Shown: positions 9,191-19,271 of the stretch, piece after piece | How positions within the stretch are numbered: the stretch's first letter is position 1 | Layout: each line of letters begins with the position of its first letter | Source of the DNA: Pseudobdellovibrionaceae bacterium | GTDB lineage: Bacteria; Bdellovibrionota; Bdellovibrionia; Bdellovibrionales; UBA1609 | DNA length: 40,490 bases | Assembly: GCA_030591685.1 (NCBI GenBank) | Contig: JAUVAX010000020.1 | Coordinates: forward strand, 1-40,490 | Reading direction: 5' to 3' | The notes under the pieces: model-generated | Told to the model about the DNA's origin: nothing | The model's database searches: none | What the model saw: only the letters and a program-made list of their open reading frames with translations | Translations under genes and position numbers: made by a program

Positions 9191-10285
9191 ATGGGACTTA
9201 AATGCGGAATTGTAGGGCTACCAAACGTTGGCAAGAGTACACTTTTTAATGCGCTCACAAGTGCAGAGGCTGAAAGTGCAAATTACCCTTTTTGTACTAT
9301 TGACCCAAATGTTGGCATTGTAACTGTCAGCGACCCCAGACAAGACAAAATCACTGAGCACATAAAGCCTCAAAAAGTCATACCCGCAGCCATAGAGTTT
9401 GTAGATATAGCAGGGCTTGTAGAGGGGGCCAGTAAAGGCGAAGGCCTAGGCAATCAATTCTTAGCAAACATTCGTGAGACAGACGCTATTGTGCATGTGG
9501 TGAGGTGTTTTGATGACCCTAACGTGGTTCATGTCAGCGGCAGTATTGACCCTCTACGTGACATAGAGATCATTAACACCGAACTTATGCTTGCGGACTT
9601 AGAGAGTGTCGAAAAGCAGTATAAATCAAAAGAGAAAATGGCTCGTACCTCAAAAGATGTCAACGCACTTGCTGAGGCTGAATTGCTTAAAAAAATACTC
9701 ACCGTTTTAGAGGCGGGGCAGCCTTGTAGAGTTGTAGAACTCACCGAGAGCGAAGAGCCCCTCATGAAGCACCTTCATTTACTCACCTCAAAGCCCGTAC
9801 TTTATGTATGTAATGTGAGTGAAGATGAAAGCCAGAGTAAAGAGTTTGTAAAAAAAGTACAAGCACACGCTAAAGGTGAGAACAACCAAGTGTTGACCAT
9901 TTGTAGCTCTATAGAGGCTGAAATTTCACAACTAGAGGACGACGAAAAACAAGAGTTTTTAGAAAGTTTAGGGTTTAAAGAGCCCGGCCTTGATCGACTC
10001 ATCAGAACTTCATATGACCTCCTTAATTTAGAGACTTATTTTACTGCCGGTGAAAAAGAAGTCCGCGCATGGACCATAAAAAAAGACACCAGAGCCCCTC
10101 AAGCTGCCGGAGTCATACACACTGATTTTGAAAAAGGCTTTATTCGCGCCGAAGTTTACCATTGTACGGACTTATTTGAACTCAAATCAGAACAAGCCAT
10201 TAAAGAGGCCGGCAAACTCCGCTCCGAAGGCAAAGACTACCTCGTTAAAGATGGCGACGTTATGCATTTCTTATTCAACGTCTAG
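9191..10285 (+). CDS. ychF: Ribosome-binding ATPase YchF
   Basis: GIVGLPNVGKSTLFN, NYPFCTIDPN, DIAGLV, GEGLGNQFL, C-terminal TGS domain. Confidence 0.98.
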   Translation: MGLKCGIVGLPNVGKSTLFNALTSAEAESANYPFCTIDPNVGIVTVSDPRQDKITEHIKPQKVIPAAIEFVDIAGLVEGASKGEGLGNQFLANIRETDAIVHVVRCFDDPNVVHVSGSIDPLRDIEIINTELMLADLESVEKQYKSKEKMARTSKDVNALAEAELLKKILTVLEAGQPCRVVELTESEEPLMKHLHLLTSKPVLYVCNVSEDESQSKEFVKKVQAHAKGENNQVLTICSSIEAEISQLEDDEKQEFLESLGFKEPGLDRLIRTSYDLLNLETYFTAGEKEVRAWTIKKDTRAPQAAGVIHTDFEKGFIRAEVYHCTDLFELKSEQAIKEAGKLRSEGKDYLVKDGDVMHFLFNV

Positions 10286-10480
10286 GACACGCTAATTCGG
10301 TTTAAATGACCTCACCTCCCTTTAAATGCAAAGTACTTAATCAGAGGGTGTGCAACTTATTGACAGTTATTGTAATGAGTTTAATCGAGGGAGCTAGGGT
10401 GGATACCCTTGCTTTAAGGGTGTATATTTATTAGAGAAAATATTAGATGAAATAGACGTGTTTTTTTGGAGGTTTTTTTT

Positions 10481-11026
10481 ATGAATATTATTGCTCTAAG
10501 CTTAGCCTTTTTATTTGTAACTCCGTTTGCATTTGCTAAAAAAAATAAAGATTGTCTATTAGGCGGTCGAGGTTGGATCTCTTCCCCCAGTCACATGAAC
10601 CCTGATGATAATAGCGTGGATAGAAAGTTTTTATACAAGCCCGCCATGGCTCCTGGGTACGAAAGAGTAGAACTCGATACCTGGCAAGAGTGCTATCAGC
10701 GAGCCATTACTGAGTCTAAAAAGTTTCAGTTTAAGTATAAAGGCGGTGACGGTAACCCCTTTGATAGAATCCAACTTAAAAAGCACCCCAACTACTTAGC
10801 CGCCGTTTATTTTAATTGGGCTTATGGGGGAGGGTGGTTTAGGTATGCAGCGAAAGGCACTATCTCTCGGTACACAGATATATATGATAAATCACCTAAA
10901 AAAGGCAACAGGGCCCGTTACAGTGATGGGGAACATTGGGATTTTCGTTTTGATGGGCAGTTTTATTTTATGGATAAAATAGAAACAGAACCTTATGGGC
11001 CCCCACCTGAAGAGTTACTTAATTAA
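10481..11026 (+). CDS. Hypothetical secreted protein
   Basis: GGAGG before ATG 10481; signal peptide ending AFA; aromatic-rich body. Confidence 0.7.
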   Translation: MNIIALSLAFLFVTPFAFAKKNKDCLLGGRGWISSPSHMNPDDNSVDRKFLYKPAMAPGYERVELDTWQECYQRAITESKKFQFKYKGGDGNPFDRIQLKKHPNYLAAVYFNWAYGGGWFRYAAKGTISRYTDIYDKSPKKGNRARYSDGEHWDFRFDGQFYFMDKIETEPYGPPPEELLN

Positions 11027-11444
11027 TAGAAAGAGAATTTTGAGACTTTTCAATATCTAGTGCAATAGCACTTAGGGCCTTTCTTTCGTCAGGACTCATG
11101 AGGTTGGCAAAAGCTGTAGGGTTACTTTTTGCCTCAGAGAGTATTTGAGTTAACTTCGTAATATCGCCACCGTTTTTTTGAACAATTCTTTGTAGTATTT
11201 TACTTGTAAGTTGGTAGATCTTTTCGTAATTAGCCTCGTTTATGGCGAGGCTTTTTGCTGAAGAGTCAGCACTCTTGGCACTGCTCCCTAAGGACTCAAT
11301 AGCTTGGCTTCGAGCCGCAGGGTTAGTGAGCATACTGAGTGTTTGCTCTAACGCTATTTGCTCACTAGAGCTCAACTCAGCAGAGTAGCCCATGCTCGGG
11401 GGTAAAAATAAAACTATTAGTATACTGAGGCTAAACTTAAACAT
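11019..11444 (-). CDS. Hypothetical secreted helical protein
   Basis: N-terminal signal peptide; 141 aa. Confidence 0.7.
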   Translation of the reverse strand: MFKFSLSILIVLFLPPSMGYSAELSSSEQIALEQTLSMLTNPAARSQAIESLGSSAKSADSSAKSLAINEANYEKIYQLTSKILQRIVQKNGGDITKLTQILSEAKSNPTAFANLMSPDERKALSAIALDIEKSQNSLSIN

Positions 11445-11513
11445 AGTTCAGTCTAGGTAGGTTCGATAAAAAAGGACAGTCAAAGTCTCAATTTAATACA
11501 CATTTAAAAAATA

Positions 11514-12413
11514 TTATTTTTTCATTTTTGGGTCAAAGGCATCACGTAAACCGTCGCCAAATAAGTTAAAAGATAAAATCACAACAGACAGGATAATTGA
11601 GGGCGAAATAATAAGATGCGGGTAGGTTCTTAGAGACCTCCAACCATCACTAGCTAAAACACCCCAAGATGAAAAGGGCGGTTGTAGCCCTAGGCCAATA
11701 AAACTTAATATAGACTCATAGAGTATATTTGAAGGGATTTGAAAGGTGAGCAAAACAATAATAGGCCCTAAAATATTAGGAAAGATATGCTTAGCTACAA
11801 TCCACCAACCACGAGCACCCATGGCTTGAGCGGCCTCAACGTAAACCATTTCACGGATTTGTAAAACTTGACCTCGCACCATACGAGCTAGGGTGACCCA
11901 ACCCACAATACTCAGGGCTAAAAGTATCCCTGTCAGGGCTTTAAGCTCTGGGTTATCAAAAAGGTCTAATGAATCAAAAATAACTTTTACGATAATTAAA
12001 AGCACCAGGGACGGGATGGCGTAGAGTATGTCAATAAAGCGCATCATATAGGCGTCTAACGTGCCCCCCACCCATCCTGAGATAGCGCCGTATAAAGCAC
12101 CAAAAATAAGTGACAGAATGGCTGTAATAATGCCCACTGCCATTGACATTCGGGAGCCAAATATAATACGTGAGAGCATGTCTCGACCTAAGCTATCTGT
12201 GCCGAGCAAGTAATCACCACCAGGTGGGGCTAAAATATGATCCATATTTTGAGTTTCAAAAGAGTAAGGGGCCAGCTGTCTTGCAAAAAGTGCGATGAGG
12301 CACACAATAATAATAATTGAAAGAGAGACCATAGAGGCCTTATTTTTTTTTAGTCTCGAAAACCCCTCAGACCATAAACTCTTTGCATGCATGCTGTTAT
12401 CAATAGAGCTCAC
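11514..12413 (-). CDS. oppC: Oligopeptide ABC transporter permease
   Basis: OppC N-terminal (SLW..GF.RLKKNK), LGTDSLGRD, YVEAAQAMGA EAA loop, NLFGDGLRDAFDPK. Confidence 0.93.
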   Translation of the reverse strand: MSSIDNSMHAKSLWSEGFSRLKKNKASMVSLSIIIIVCLIALFARQLAPYSFETQNMDHILAPPGGDYLLGTDSLGRDMLSRIIFGSRMSMAVGIITAILSLIFGALYGAISGWVGGTLDAYMMRFIDILYAIPSLVLLIIVKVIFDSLDLFDNPELKALTGILLALSIVGWVTLARMVRGQVLQIREMVYVEAAQAMGARGWWIVAKHIFPNILGPIIVLLTFQIPSNILYESILSFIGLGLQPPFSSWGVLASDGWRSLRTYPHLIISPSIILSVVILSFNLFGDGLRDAFDPKMKK

Positions 12414-13525
12414 GATAGTTTTATCCTTGGGTCAAAAAATGAGTACAGCAAATCAACCAGTAAATTTGTTAACACTAAAACGGCTGAAAATAATAATGTA
12501 AGCCCTAGAATAAGTGGGTAATCCCTGTTTGTAACACTTTGTATAAGGTGCTTACCCATGCCGGGGACAGCAAAAATCAATTCGGTTATAAAAGACCCCG
12601 TCAAGACCCCTGACACAAGTGGGCCCGAAAAGGTGAGGACAGGTATTAGTGAGTTTTTTAAAACATGTTTAAATAAAATCACACGTTCAGGTAAACCTTT
12701 AGAGCGTGCTGTTCGGATATAGTCCGAATTAATAACCTCTAAAACACTAGCTCTTGTTAAGCGCGCAATAATGGCCGCAGGCCTTATACCGAGGACTAAC
12801 ATAGGCATTATGTAGTACTCAGGGCCATCCCAAAGTGCCGGGGGGAGCCAATTTAACTGCACACTAAAGATTAATATTAAAATCGCGGCCACTAAAAAAC
12901 TAGGTAAAGTCACACCACTAATGGCAATAGTCATAATGGTATTGTCAGCCCATGAGTTATGCTTTGAGGCCGCAAAGACCCCAGCAGGTATGCCAAATAA
13001 ATAGCAAATTAACAGGGCATAGATACCCAGCTGTAAAGTATTGGGCAGGGTTTCTGAGATAATATCTGTGACCGAACGGCCAATATACTTATATGAATCC
13101 CCTAGGTCCCCTTGCGCAATTCCAGACAGGTAATGCCAGTACTGTACAAGTACTGGTTTGTCGAGATGGTACTTGGCCTCGATATTGGCAATCACCTCTG
13201 GCGGCAGGGCCTTGTCCTGGTCAAACGGGCCCCCAGGTAATAGCCTTAGTAAGGTAAACGTAATTGTGGCAATAACGAGTAAAGTAATAAAGGCCCCAAA
13301 AACTCTTTTGATCACATAAACAGTCATATGTTGTTGAAAGGTGTAGGTGATAAAAAAAGCTATAGAAAAAACAATGTTAGCAATAATAAGTTGTGGCGAT
13401 ACCACATACCCTATAAAGCTCATCACTACAGAGCTGATAAGTATTAAAAACGAGGACCAACCCGTGAACTTTATAACCCACTGGATCCACTGTCGCTGAT
13501 TGGCGTCTTTAAATAACTTGAACAA
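12410..13525 (-). CDS. oppB: Oligopeptide ABC transporter permease with an N-terminal extension
   Basis: PGGPF, GDLGDS, DYIRTARSKGL, KHVLKNSL, RDYP, DPRI; AGGAG before the TTG start. Confidence 0.93.
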   Translation of the reverse strand: MFKLFKDANQRQWIQWVIKFTGWSSFLILISSVVMSFIGYVVSPQLIIANIVFSIAFFITYTFQQHMTVYVIKRVFGAFITLLVIATITFTLLRLLPGGPFDQDKALPPEVIANIEAKYHLDKPVLVQYWHYLSGIAQGDLGDSYKYIGRSVTDIISETLPNTLQLGIYALLICYLFGIPAGVFAASKHNSWADNTIMTIAISGVTLPSFLVAAILILIFSVQLNWLPPALWDGPEYYIMPMLVLGIRPAAIIARLTRASVLEVINSDYIRTARSKGLPERVILFKHVLKNSLIPVLTFSGPLVSGVLTGSFITELIFAVPGMGKHLIQSVTNRDYPLILGLTLLFSAVLVLTNLLVDLLYSFFDPRIKLS

Positions 13526-13543
13526 AAGAACTCCTAATAAAAA

Positions 13544-15136
13544 CTATTTTACTAATTCTACGTCTTTCCATATAAAATTACTCATCGGGTTCATGGGGTA
13601 ATTTTTAACTCGCTTAGACACCAGTAAATGCTCAACCATTGAGTAAACAGGTAGTACGGGTAAGTCTGTTTCTACAATTATTTTTTGCGCCTTCTTGTAT
13701 AATCTTTTTCGCTCTTTTTTGTCGACGGTTTGAGCGGCATTAATAATTTGGCGGTCAAACTCAGGGTTAACCCAGCCGGTGTGGTTATTATCAGAGGTGG
13801 ATGTGAGCATATTTAAAAAATTATCCGGGTCCGGAAAGTCAGCAAGCCAGCCGAGTCTAAATATATGAGGAGGTTTTGACTTTAAGGTTGAAAGGTAGAC
13901 CTTCCACTCTTCATTTTTAATTTCTACAGTGATGTTTAAATTTCTCTTAAGCTGTGCTTGCACGTTTTCAGCAATACGTTGATGGTTTTCATTTGTATTA
14001 AAGCCGTAAAATATAGTCGGAAATTTAGAGCGGTCCTTAAACCCCGCCTCATCAAGCAGCCGGTTAGCTGTTTTGATGTTAAAATCAACTCCTAGTTTTT
14101 TTTCAAAACCAAACATACCAACTGGGATCCAGCCCTTAATAGGCACATGGCCCGCATTAAGCATTTTTGTAATCTCTTGTCGGTCTATAGCCATTGAAAT
14201 AGCTTTTCGCACCTTTAAGTTGTCAAAAGGGGCTCGTTTTACATTATACCCCAGGTAGTAGATGCCTAGTATGCCGTGGCTATGGTACTCGGGCTTTTTT
14301 CTAAGGTGAGGGAGGTCAATGGCCGGGAGGTCCTTAATGGCGTCTATTTTTCCGGCATCAAATAAATTTAGTACTGTGGACTTTTCATTTATAATATAAC
14401 CCAGTACGTACTTTGTTTTTGTAGGGGTACCATAATAGTTTGGGCTTCTCTCAAGGACCATGGCTTTATCGTGATCCCATATTTTTAATTTAAACGCCCC
14501 CAGGGTGACGATGTTTTTAGGGTCAGTCCAGTTGTCGCCAAATTTATTAATAATATCTAATCGTGCCGGAAAGGTGCTCGTGTGGGAAAGAAGGTAGGGG
14601 AAAAAGCTCATCGGCTGCTCTAAAGTAACAATAAGATCGCCCGCGCCATTGATCTTTAGACCTAATTTTTTAGGATCTTTAATTTTGCCCTCGTTAAAGG
14701 CTTTAGCATTTTTAATGCCATACATAAAGTAAGCATACTCAGATGCAGTTTTAGGGGTGAGGAGCCTTTGCCAAGCATCTATAAAGTGTTGAGCGGTTAA
14801 CTCAACGCCATCGCTCCACTGAACGCCTTTTCTTATTTTAAAAGTCCAAACACGTGCATCTTTGCTAGCGCTCCAAGATAAACCTAATGCGGGTTTAAGT
14901 GAGAGCTCGGGGTCGTTGAGGTTATAGGCCACCATGCCCTCCATAATATTATAAACAATACTTGAAGAGGTGGTGTCAGTGGCCTTCATCCAGTCAAGTG
15001 TTGGGGGTTCGGTGTCTAAACTAACTCGGAGTGTTTCGCTAATTTTTAAACCATACTCGCTGGATTGCTTTTTAGTACAACCAGAAAAAACAACGACAAA
15101 TAATAAGGCCAAAATGAGGCTATTAATTAATTTCAT
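13544..15136 (-). CDS. oppA: Oligopeptide ABC transporter substrate-binding lipoprotein (SBP family 5)
   Basis: Lipobox FSG|C; EPPTLD, WSDG..LTA, GAFKL, WLADFPDPDNFL. Confidence 0.93.
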   Translation of the reverse strand: MKLINSLILALLFVVVFSGCTKKQSSEYGLKISETLRVSLDTEPPTLDWMKATDTTSSSIVYNIMEGMVAYNLNDPELSLKPALGLSWSASKDARVWTFKIRKGVQWSDGVELTAQHFIDAWQRLLTPKTASEYAYFMYGIKNAKAFNEGKIKDPKKLGLKINGAGDLIVTLEQPMSFFPYLLSHTSTFPARLDIINKFGDNWTDPKNIVTLGAFKLKIWDHDKAMVLERSPNYYGTPTKTKYVLGYIINEKSTVLNLFDAGKIDAIKDLPAIDLPHLRKKPEYHSHGILGIYYLGYNVKRAPFDNLKVRKAISMAIDRQEITKMLNAGHVPIKGWIPVGMFGFEKKLGVDFNIKTANRLLDEAGFKDRSKFPTIFYGFNTNENHQRIAENVQAQLKRNLNITVEIKNEEWKVYLSTLKSKPPHIFRLGWLADFPDPDNFLNMLTSTSDNNHTGWVNPEFDRQIINAAQTVDKKERKRLYKKAQKIIVETDLPVLPVYSMVEHLLVSKRVKNYPMNPMSNFIWKDVELVK

Positions 15137-15393
15137 TAAGTGCTCCCCTATAGTGTTTATTTAATAATGTGTATGTTTAGCAAAACTAGGCTCCACCCAC
15201 AATGCCCACTGGGAGTAACGCAATGCGCACTCTATATTATATGTATCTCTAGTCTTGGGTGTCTTCATAAACGATATAACTCTAAACGCACAATGTAATA
15301 TTAGGGTTCAACGGCTTATTCGCAAGTGCCTGTTCTGAGGTCATAAGGGTTTAATGGGTTAGGGTTGTAAGTAAAATAGCGGGCCGCAAGGAG

Positions 15394-17796
15394 CTAATCT
15401 ATAGAGCCCCAGGACTCTTTGCTAAAGTTTTTATTTTGCGTCTCCACACCAATGGCCTCTGATAGAAAGGTAACAGGGGTGTTGTCTTTTTCATACAAGG
15501 CTTTATAGACGGCAAAGTTTTTAATAACTTTTTTAACATAATTACGTGTTTCTCTGTAGGGGATGTGTTCGATAAACTCATCCATATTCACGCGCCCAAA
15601 GTGATGTAACCACTTATGAACCCTATGAGGGCCGGCGTTGTAGCTTGCGGAGGCTAAGGGGTAAGACCCGCCGAATACTTTTAAAAGTCGCTGAAGGTAC
15701 CGACTCCCCAGTTTAACATTAACTTTAGGGGTATATAAAGTACTGGTCTCAAAATTGGGTTCTCCAAGTAGCTGTGAAACCTGCTGACCTGTTGCGGGCA
15801 TCATCTGCATAAGGCCTCTGGCCCCTACGGGTGAATTTATTTCAGGTCGATAAAAACTCTCTGCACGAATAATGCTCCAAATAAAATTTTGATCCACATT
15901 AAATTTTAAAGAATTACTAACAACATGTGTTTTAAAAACCTTAGGGTAAGCGTGCTCCCATAGGTATTTCCCCTTCTCCATACCATACAGGTTTCGTTTT
16001 TGTGAAAAATAAACTTGGCTAATATAACTAGACCGATGAAAGGCCTTAATCCCATTATAGGCACTTAATAGCGCTTTTTTATAAATTTCTTTTCTAGTCT
16101 TACGCTCAATTTCATATAAACCCCACTTGGCCTCATGGTTAAGGCCTATTCGAATGAGGTCTTTAATTTGCTGAAACTGAAATTTAATTTTTTCATCAGA
16201 GACGCTTTCGATAAAAGCGTTATTAGTGGCCTCAGTGCTGCTCTCGGCCTCTATGAGGTCCTCAAAAAAAGTTTCAGGCTCATCTTCAGCAATGAGACTA
16301 TCATTAAAAACCTCGTCTTCTTCTTTAACAGTACTTGAAGGGGGTAGGGTATTTGTTTCAGGCTCTACATTTTGGTCGCTACTAGGGCCCCTTAAGCTTT
16401 GCCGGGCAATAATTAAATTAGGCTTAATTTTTAATAGCCTTGCTCTTGCGGCTAAATTATAAAAACTAGTAGTATTACCTTTTAGTAAATATGAAAAACT
16501 TCGTTCAGCACTTAGTAAATCCCCTAGGCGCAAATAACTCATAGCTAACCAGTAATTTAACTTATCGTCTGGGATCCGTCGCCAGCGGCGTGAATATCTT
16601 TTTTTATTTTTTTTCATATAATTAATTTCAGAAATAGAGCCTATGTAATCACCCTTGAGATACTTAATCCAACCTAAGTACCAATGGGCGTCCATCGTTA
16701 AGCCAGAGCGCCGATGTTTTTTTACTAAAATATTTAATAAAAATATAGCCCGGTCATAGTCTTGGTTTTGATAGCTTAAAAATGCAGATTTAAACAGAGC
16801 CGCTCGGCCTTTTCTATGGCGAGGTGTTAGCTTATAGGCCTCAAAATAAGCGCCCGAAGCGGCGTTATAATTGCCAACCATGTCACTAACTTTAGCGAGT
16901 AGCATTATGAATTTATAATTTTTTTTATTACTTTTATAGTGAGGCTTTAACCGTTCAAGGGCCTTTTCACCATCGCCCTCGTAGAGGTAGTGGCTGGCAT
17001 ACAAAATATCTCTGTAGTAGGGGCTGACAGTTTCTCGCTGTTTAACCCATGTGTCAATTTCTTGAAGAGCTCTATTATTTAAACCCGCCCAATGGAGTCT
17101 ACGTATCCTTTGTTTTTGATGTTCAAAAGTGGCAATACAGTTTAACTTTCGACCATTCACCATAGCGCCCGAGAGTGAAAGCCCCCAATGATTAACCGAG
17201 GTGTGGGTGGGGTATTTTGAATAGAGTTTTCGAGCCCACAGGCATGCGCGCCAAGATCTCTTTCTCCCAAGCTCTGCTTGTAAAAGCAACCAAGCTACTG
17301 ATGGGTAATTAACATTAGAGCGCCACTGGCTTTCAACTTTTTTTAATTTTCTATAAGCACTTCGGTACTTTTTATTTTTTAAGTCCATCTTTCCTAACTC
17401 AAATCGAGCCGTGTTAACAAAAAATCGTGGGGCTTTTAGATGGACAACTTGTTTAAAGTATTTTTCAGCCTCTTGATGTGAGTTGAGTTTAAGAGATATT
17501 TGCCCTAAATAAAAAAAGGCATACGAGTTAAGGCGACCCTTTTGTGAAACATACTCTCGTAAGTATCCTCGAGCTGAATAAAATTCGTTTTTGTTATACA
17601 AAAACACCCCTAAAGCAAAGAGCCTTAACTGTGAATCGCCTTCGTTAATTTTATCCTTTGGGGTGAGATTAATTGTTGAAACAGATTGAGCCCATTGTTT
17701 TTTTGAAACCTGTTCGCGCACGTCACCCCAATTGACCTGGGCGAGGACCTTTGAAAAACTAAAGAATATAAAAAATATAAAAATAAAAAATTTCAT
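15394..17796 (-). CDS. Soluble lytic murein transglycosylase (TPR repeats plus SLT domain)
   Basis: IIRAESFY, SPVGARGLMQMMP, ASYNAGP, IPYRETRNYVKKV; TPR-like N-terminal region; signal peptide. Confidence 0.93.
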   Translation of the reverse strand: MKFFIFIFFIFFSFSKVLAQVNWGDVREQVSKKQWAQSVSTINLTPKDKINEGDSQLRLFALGVFLYNKNEFYSARGYLREYVSQKGRLNSYAFFYLGQISLKLNSHQEAEKYFKQVVHLKAPRFFVNTARFELGKMDLKNKKYRSAYRKLKKVESQWRSNVNYPSVAWLLLQAELGRKRSWRACLWARKLYSKYPTHTSVNHWGLSLSGAMVNGRKLNCIATFEHQKQRIRRLHWAGLNNRALQEIDTWVKQRETVSPYYRDILYASHYLYEGDGEKALERLKPHYKSNKKNYKFIMLLAKVSDMVGNYNAASGAYFEAYKLTPRHRKGRAALFKSAFLSYQNQDYDRAIFLLNILVKKHRRSGLTMDAHWYLGWIKYLKGDYIGSISEINYMKKNKKRYSRRWRRIPDDKLNYWLAMSYLRLGDLLSAERSFSYLLKGNTTSFYNLAARARLLKIKPNLIIARQSLRGPSSDQNVEPETNTLPPSSTVKEEDEVFNDSLIAEDEPETFFEDLIEAESSTEATNNAFIESVSDEKIKFQFQQIKDLIRIGLNHEAKWGLYEIERKTRKEIYKKALLSAYNGIKAFHRSSYISQVYFSQKRNLYGMEKGKYLWEHAYPKVFKTHVVSNSLKFNVDQNFIWSIIRAESFYRPEINSPVGARGLMQMMPATGQQVSQLLGEPNFETSTLYTPKVNVKLGSRYLQRLLKVFGGSYPLASASYNAGPHRVHKWLHHFGRVNMDEFIEHIPYRETRNYVKKVIKNFAVYKALYEKDNTPVTFLSEAIGVETQNKNFSKESWGSID

Positions 17797-18171
17797 CGCT
17801 AATTATTCGGAATATTTAAGTAAAAACAAAACTTAATCCCCACCTTTTGCTGCTTTAAAATTGACGCCCCCTAGACTTAACTCCAGTATTACACAGTTTT
17901 GTTAAAAAACATGTGTAAACGCGAAGTCGCCCCTCCTGAGACTCATAATCGTACTTCATGCACATGGCATTTGCGAAACATTTTAGTGACCTAATGGAGT
18001 GCTTTTAAGTCTAATGCCGATTAATGGTTTTAATAGAGCTTTGCTAGACTTTGTGCGACATTTTTAAGTACTAAGGGTGCCGACCAGAAAAGGCTTAAAG
18101 AGTGAGTAGTAAAAACACTTCATAAAGTGGTCATTAATAATGGCCCCTGTTTTTTTAATGTAATTTAAGAA

Positions 18172-18612
18172 TTAATCTAAAGAGGAATAAATTTCGTTAA
18201 AAAATTTTTTGATTCGTAAATGGTTGGTGCCAAAATCAGCTCGCCCTATGCGAGATTTTGAGCGCATGTGGATTTCTATTTGTTGTTCCTTTTCGCCAGG
18301 TCTGATTTCGATAACAACATCGTCTTTAAATTTAAAAAATTTACTAGTGGCTACAGCTTCAATAGATCTTCGTACGGGGTTGCTCTCTACAATCTCCCAA
18401 TTCGCCTGACGACTCGCCACTTTGCTGACGACTTCAAAGGCCTTGTCTGAGGTTATGTTTAACTTTATGGGGACCATTATATAATAAAGTCGTTGTTTTT
18501 CTGAAAACTGAGCCGGGTAGGTGTAATCTTTTTTGGGGTTTAACTTTTTCAGAGCAATAAATTGGGGTGGATCGGTAAATGAAGTCGTTATATCGTTTAT
18601 AATGGGTTTCAT
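18172..18612 (-). CDS. DUF1499 domain protein (no N-terminal membrane segment)
   Basis: PIINDITT..DPP.F, IEAVATSKFFKFKDDVVI, MRSKSRIGRADFGTN; AAGGA before ATG 18612 (alternative TTG start at 18636). Confidence 0.85.
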   Translation of the reverse strand: MKPIINDITTSFTDPPQFIALKKLNPKKDYTYPAQFSEKQRLYYIMVPIKLNITSDKAFEVVSKVASRQANWEIVESNPVRRSIEAVATSKFFKFKDDVVIEIRPGEKEQQIEIHMRSKSRIGRADFGTNHLRIKKFFNEIYSSLD

Positions 18613-18658
18613 GGTTTTTGATCCTTTTTTACTCAATAAGTTAAATGTAAAATAACAA

Positions 18659-19057
18659 TTAATGCATACCTTTTGTACCCTGTATAACTAAAAAAATATC
18701 CCTTATATCAAAGGGCAGAGAAACCCCAATAGTGGTTATGAGCATTATAATCCAAATTTTAAAGAGGCTCCAGCTTTTATACTTTTTTTCAAGGTCGGAC
18801 TTAAACCTCATTAATAAATAGATAAATAAAGGAGCCCAAAGAATTAAATGCGCAAGGCCGAAAAGGTGAATATTCCCCCATAAGTGAAAGATAAGTATTG
18901 CTAGTGACATAGAGCAAATAAACGAGGCTAATGCCCAGCGAGCCTCAATATGCCTTCGTACAAAACAGATAGAAGACATAAAAACAACCATCATCCAGTT
19001 AACCCAAAGCCCTACTAATGGGGGCAGGGTCGCCATTTGTAAATCGATCTCAGCCAT
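18659..19057 (-). CDS. Hypothetical membrane protein (about 4 TM helices)
   Basis: Hydrophobic segments; GAGGG ribosome-binding site. Confidence 0.75.
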   Translation of the reverse strand: MAEIDLQMATLPPLVGLWVNWMMVVFMSSICFVRRHIEARWALASFICSMSLAILIFHLWGNIHLFGLAHLILWAPLFIYLLMRFKSDLEKKYKSWSLFKIWIIMLITTIGVSLPFDIRDIFLVIQGTKGMH

Positions 19058-19238
19058 TAAATACCCTCTGTTCTACTTTTAAAAATTATCATTGATAGAT
19101 ATTTTAGTGAACCACTTTTCATTTTAAGAGTTTAATTTTTTTGCATTATTTATTGAGAGTTAGCCTTACCCATATTGCACTTAGGATATAGAGACTCACC
19201 CATAGTATAGGCTTCAGGGTCTAGTTTGTGTGTGAGAT

Positions 19239-19265
19239 TGAAGAAATACTAAATTATTCCGATAA
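19239..19265 (+). promoter_or_regulatory. Putative sigma28 promoter
   Basis: TGAA-N15-TCCGATAA ending 6 nt before the ATG at 19272. Confidence 0.55.
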
Positions 19266-19271
19266 GAGCAT

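Noticed and set aside
15160..15268. 35-aa ORF (MKTPKTRDTY...) upstream of oppA as a leader peptide
   Set aside because: No RBS, no biased amino-acid run and no attenuator hairpin
17797..18171. 375-bp intergenic region with GCCGATTA, short hairpins and a 27-aa ORF
   Set aside because: No correctly spaced -35 for the sigma28-like -10, no RBS, and no extended structure found by eye
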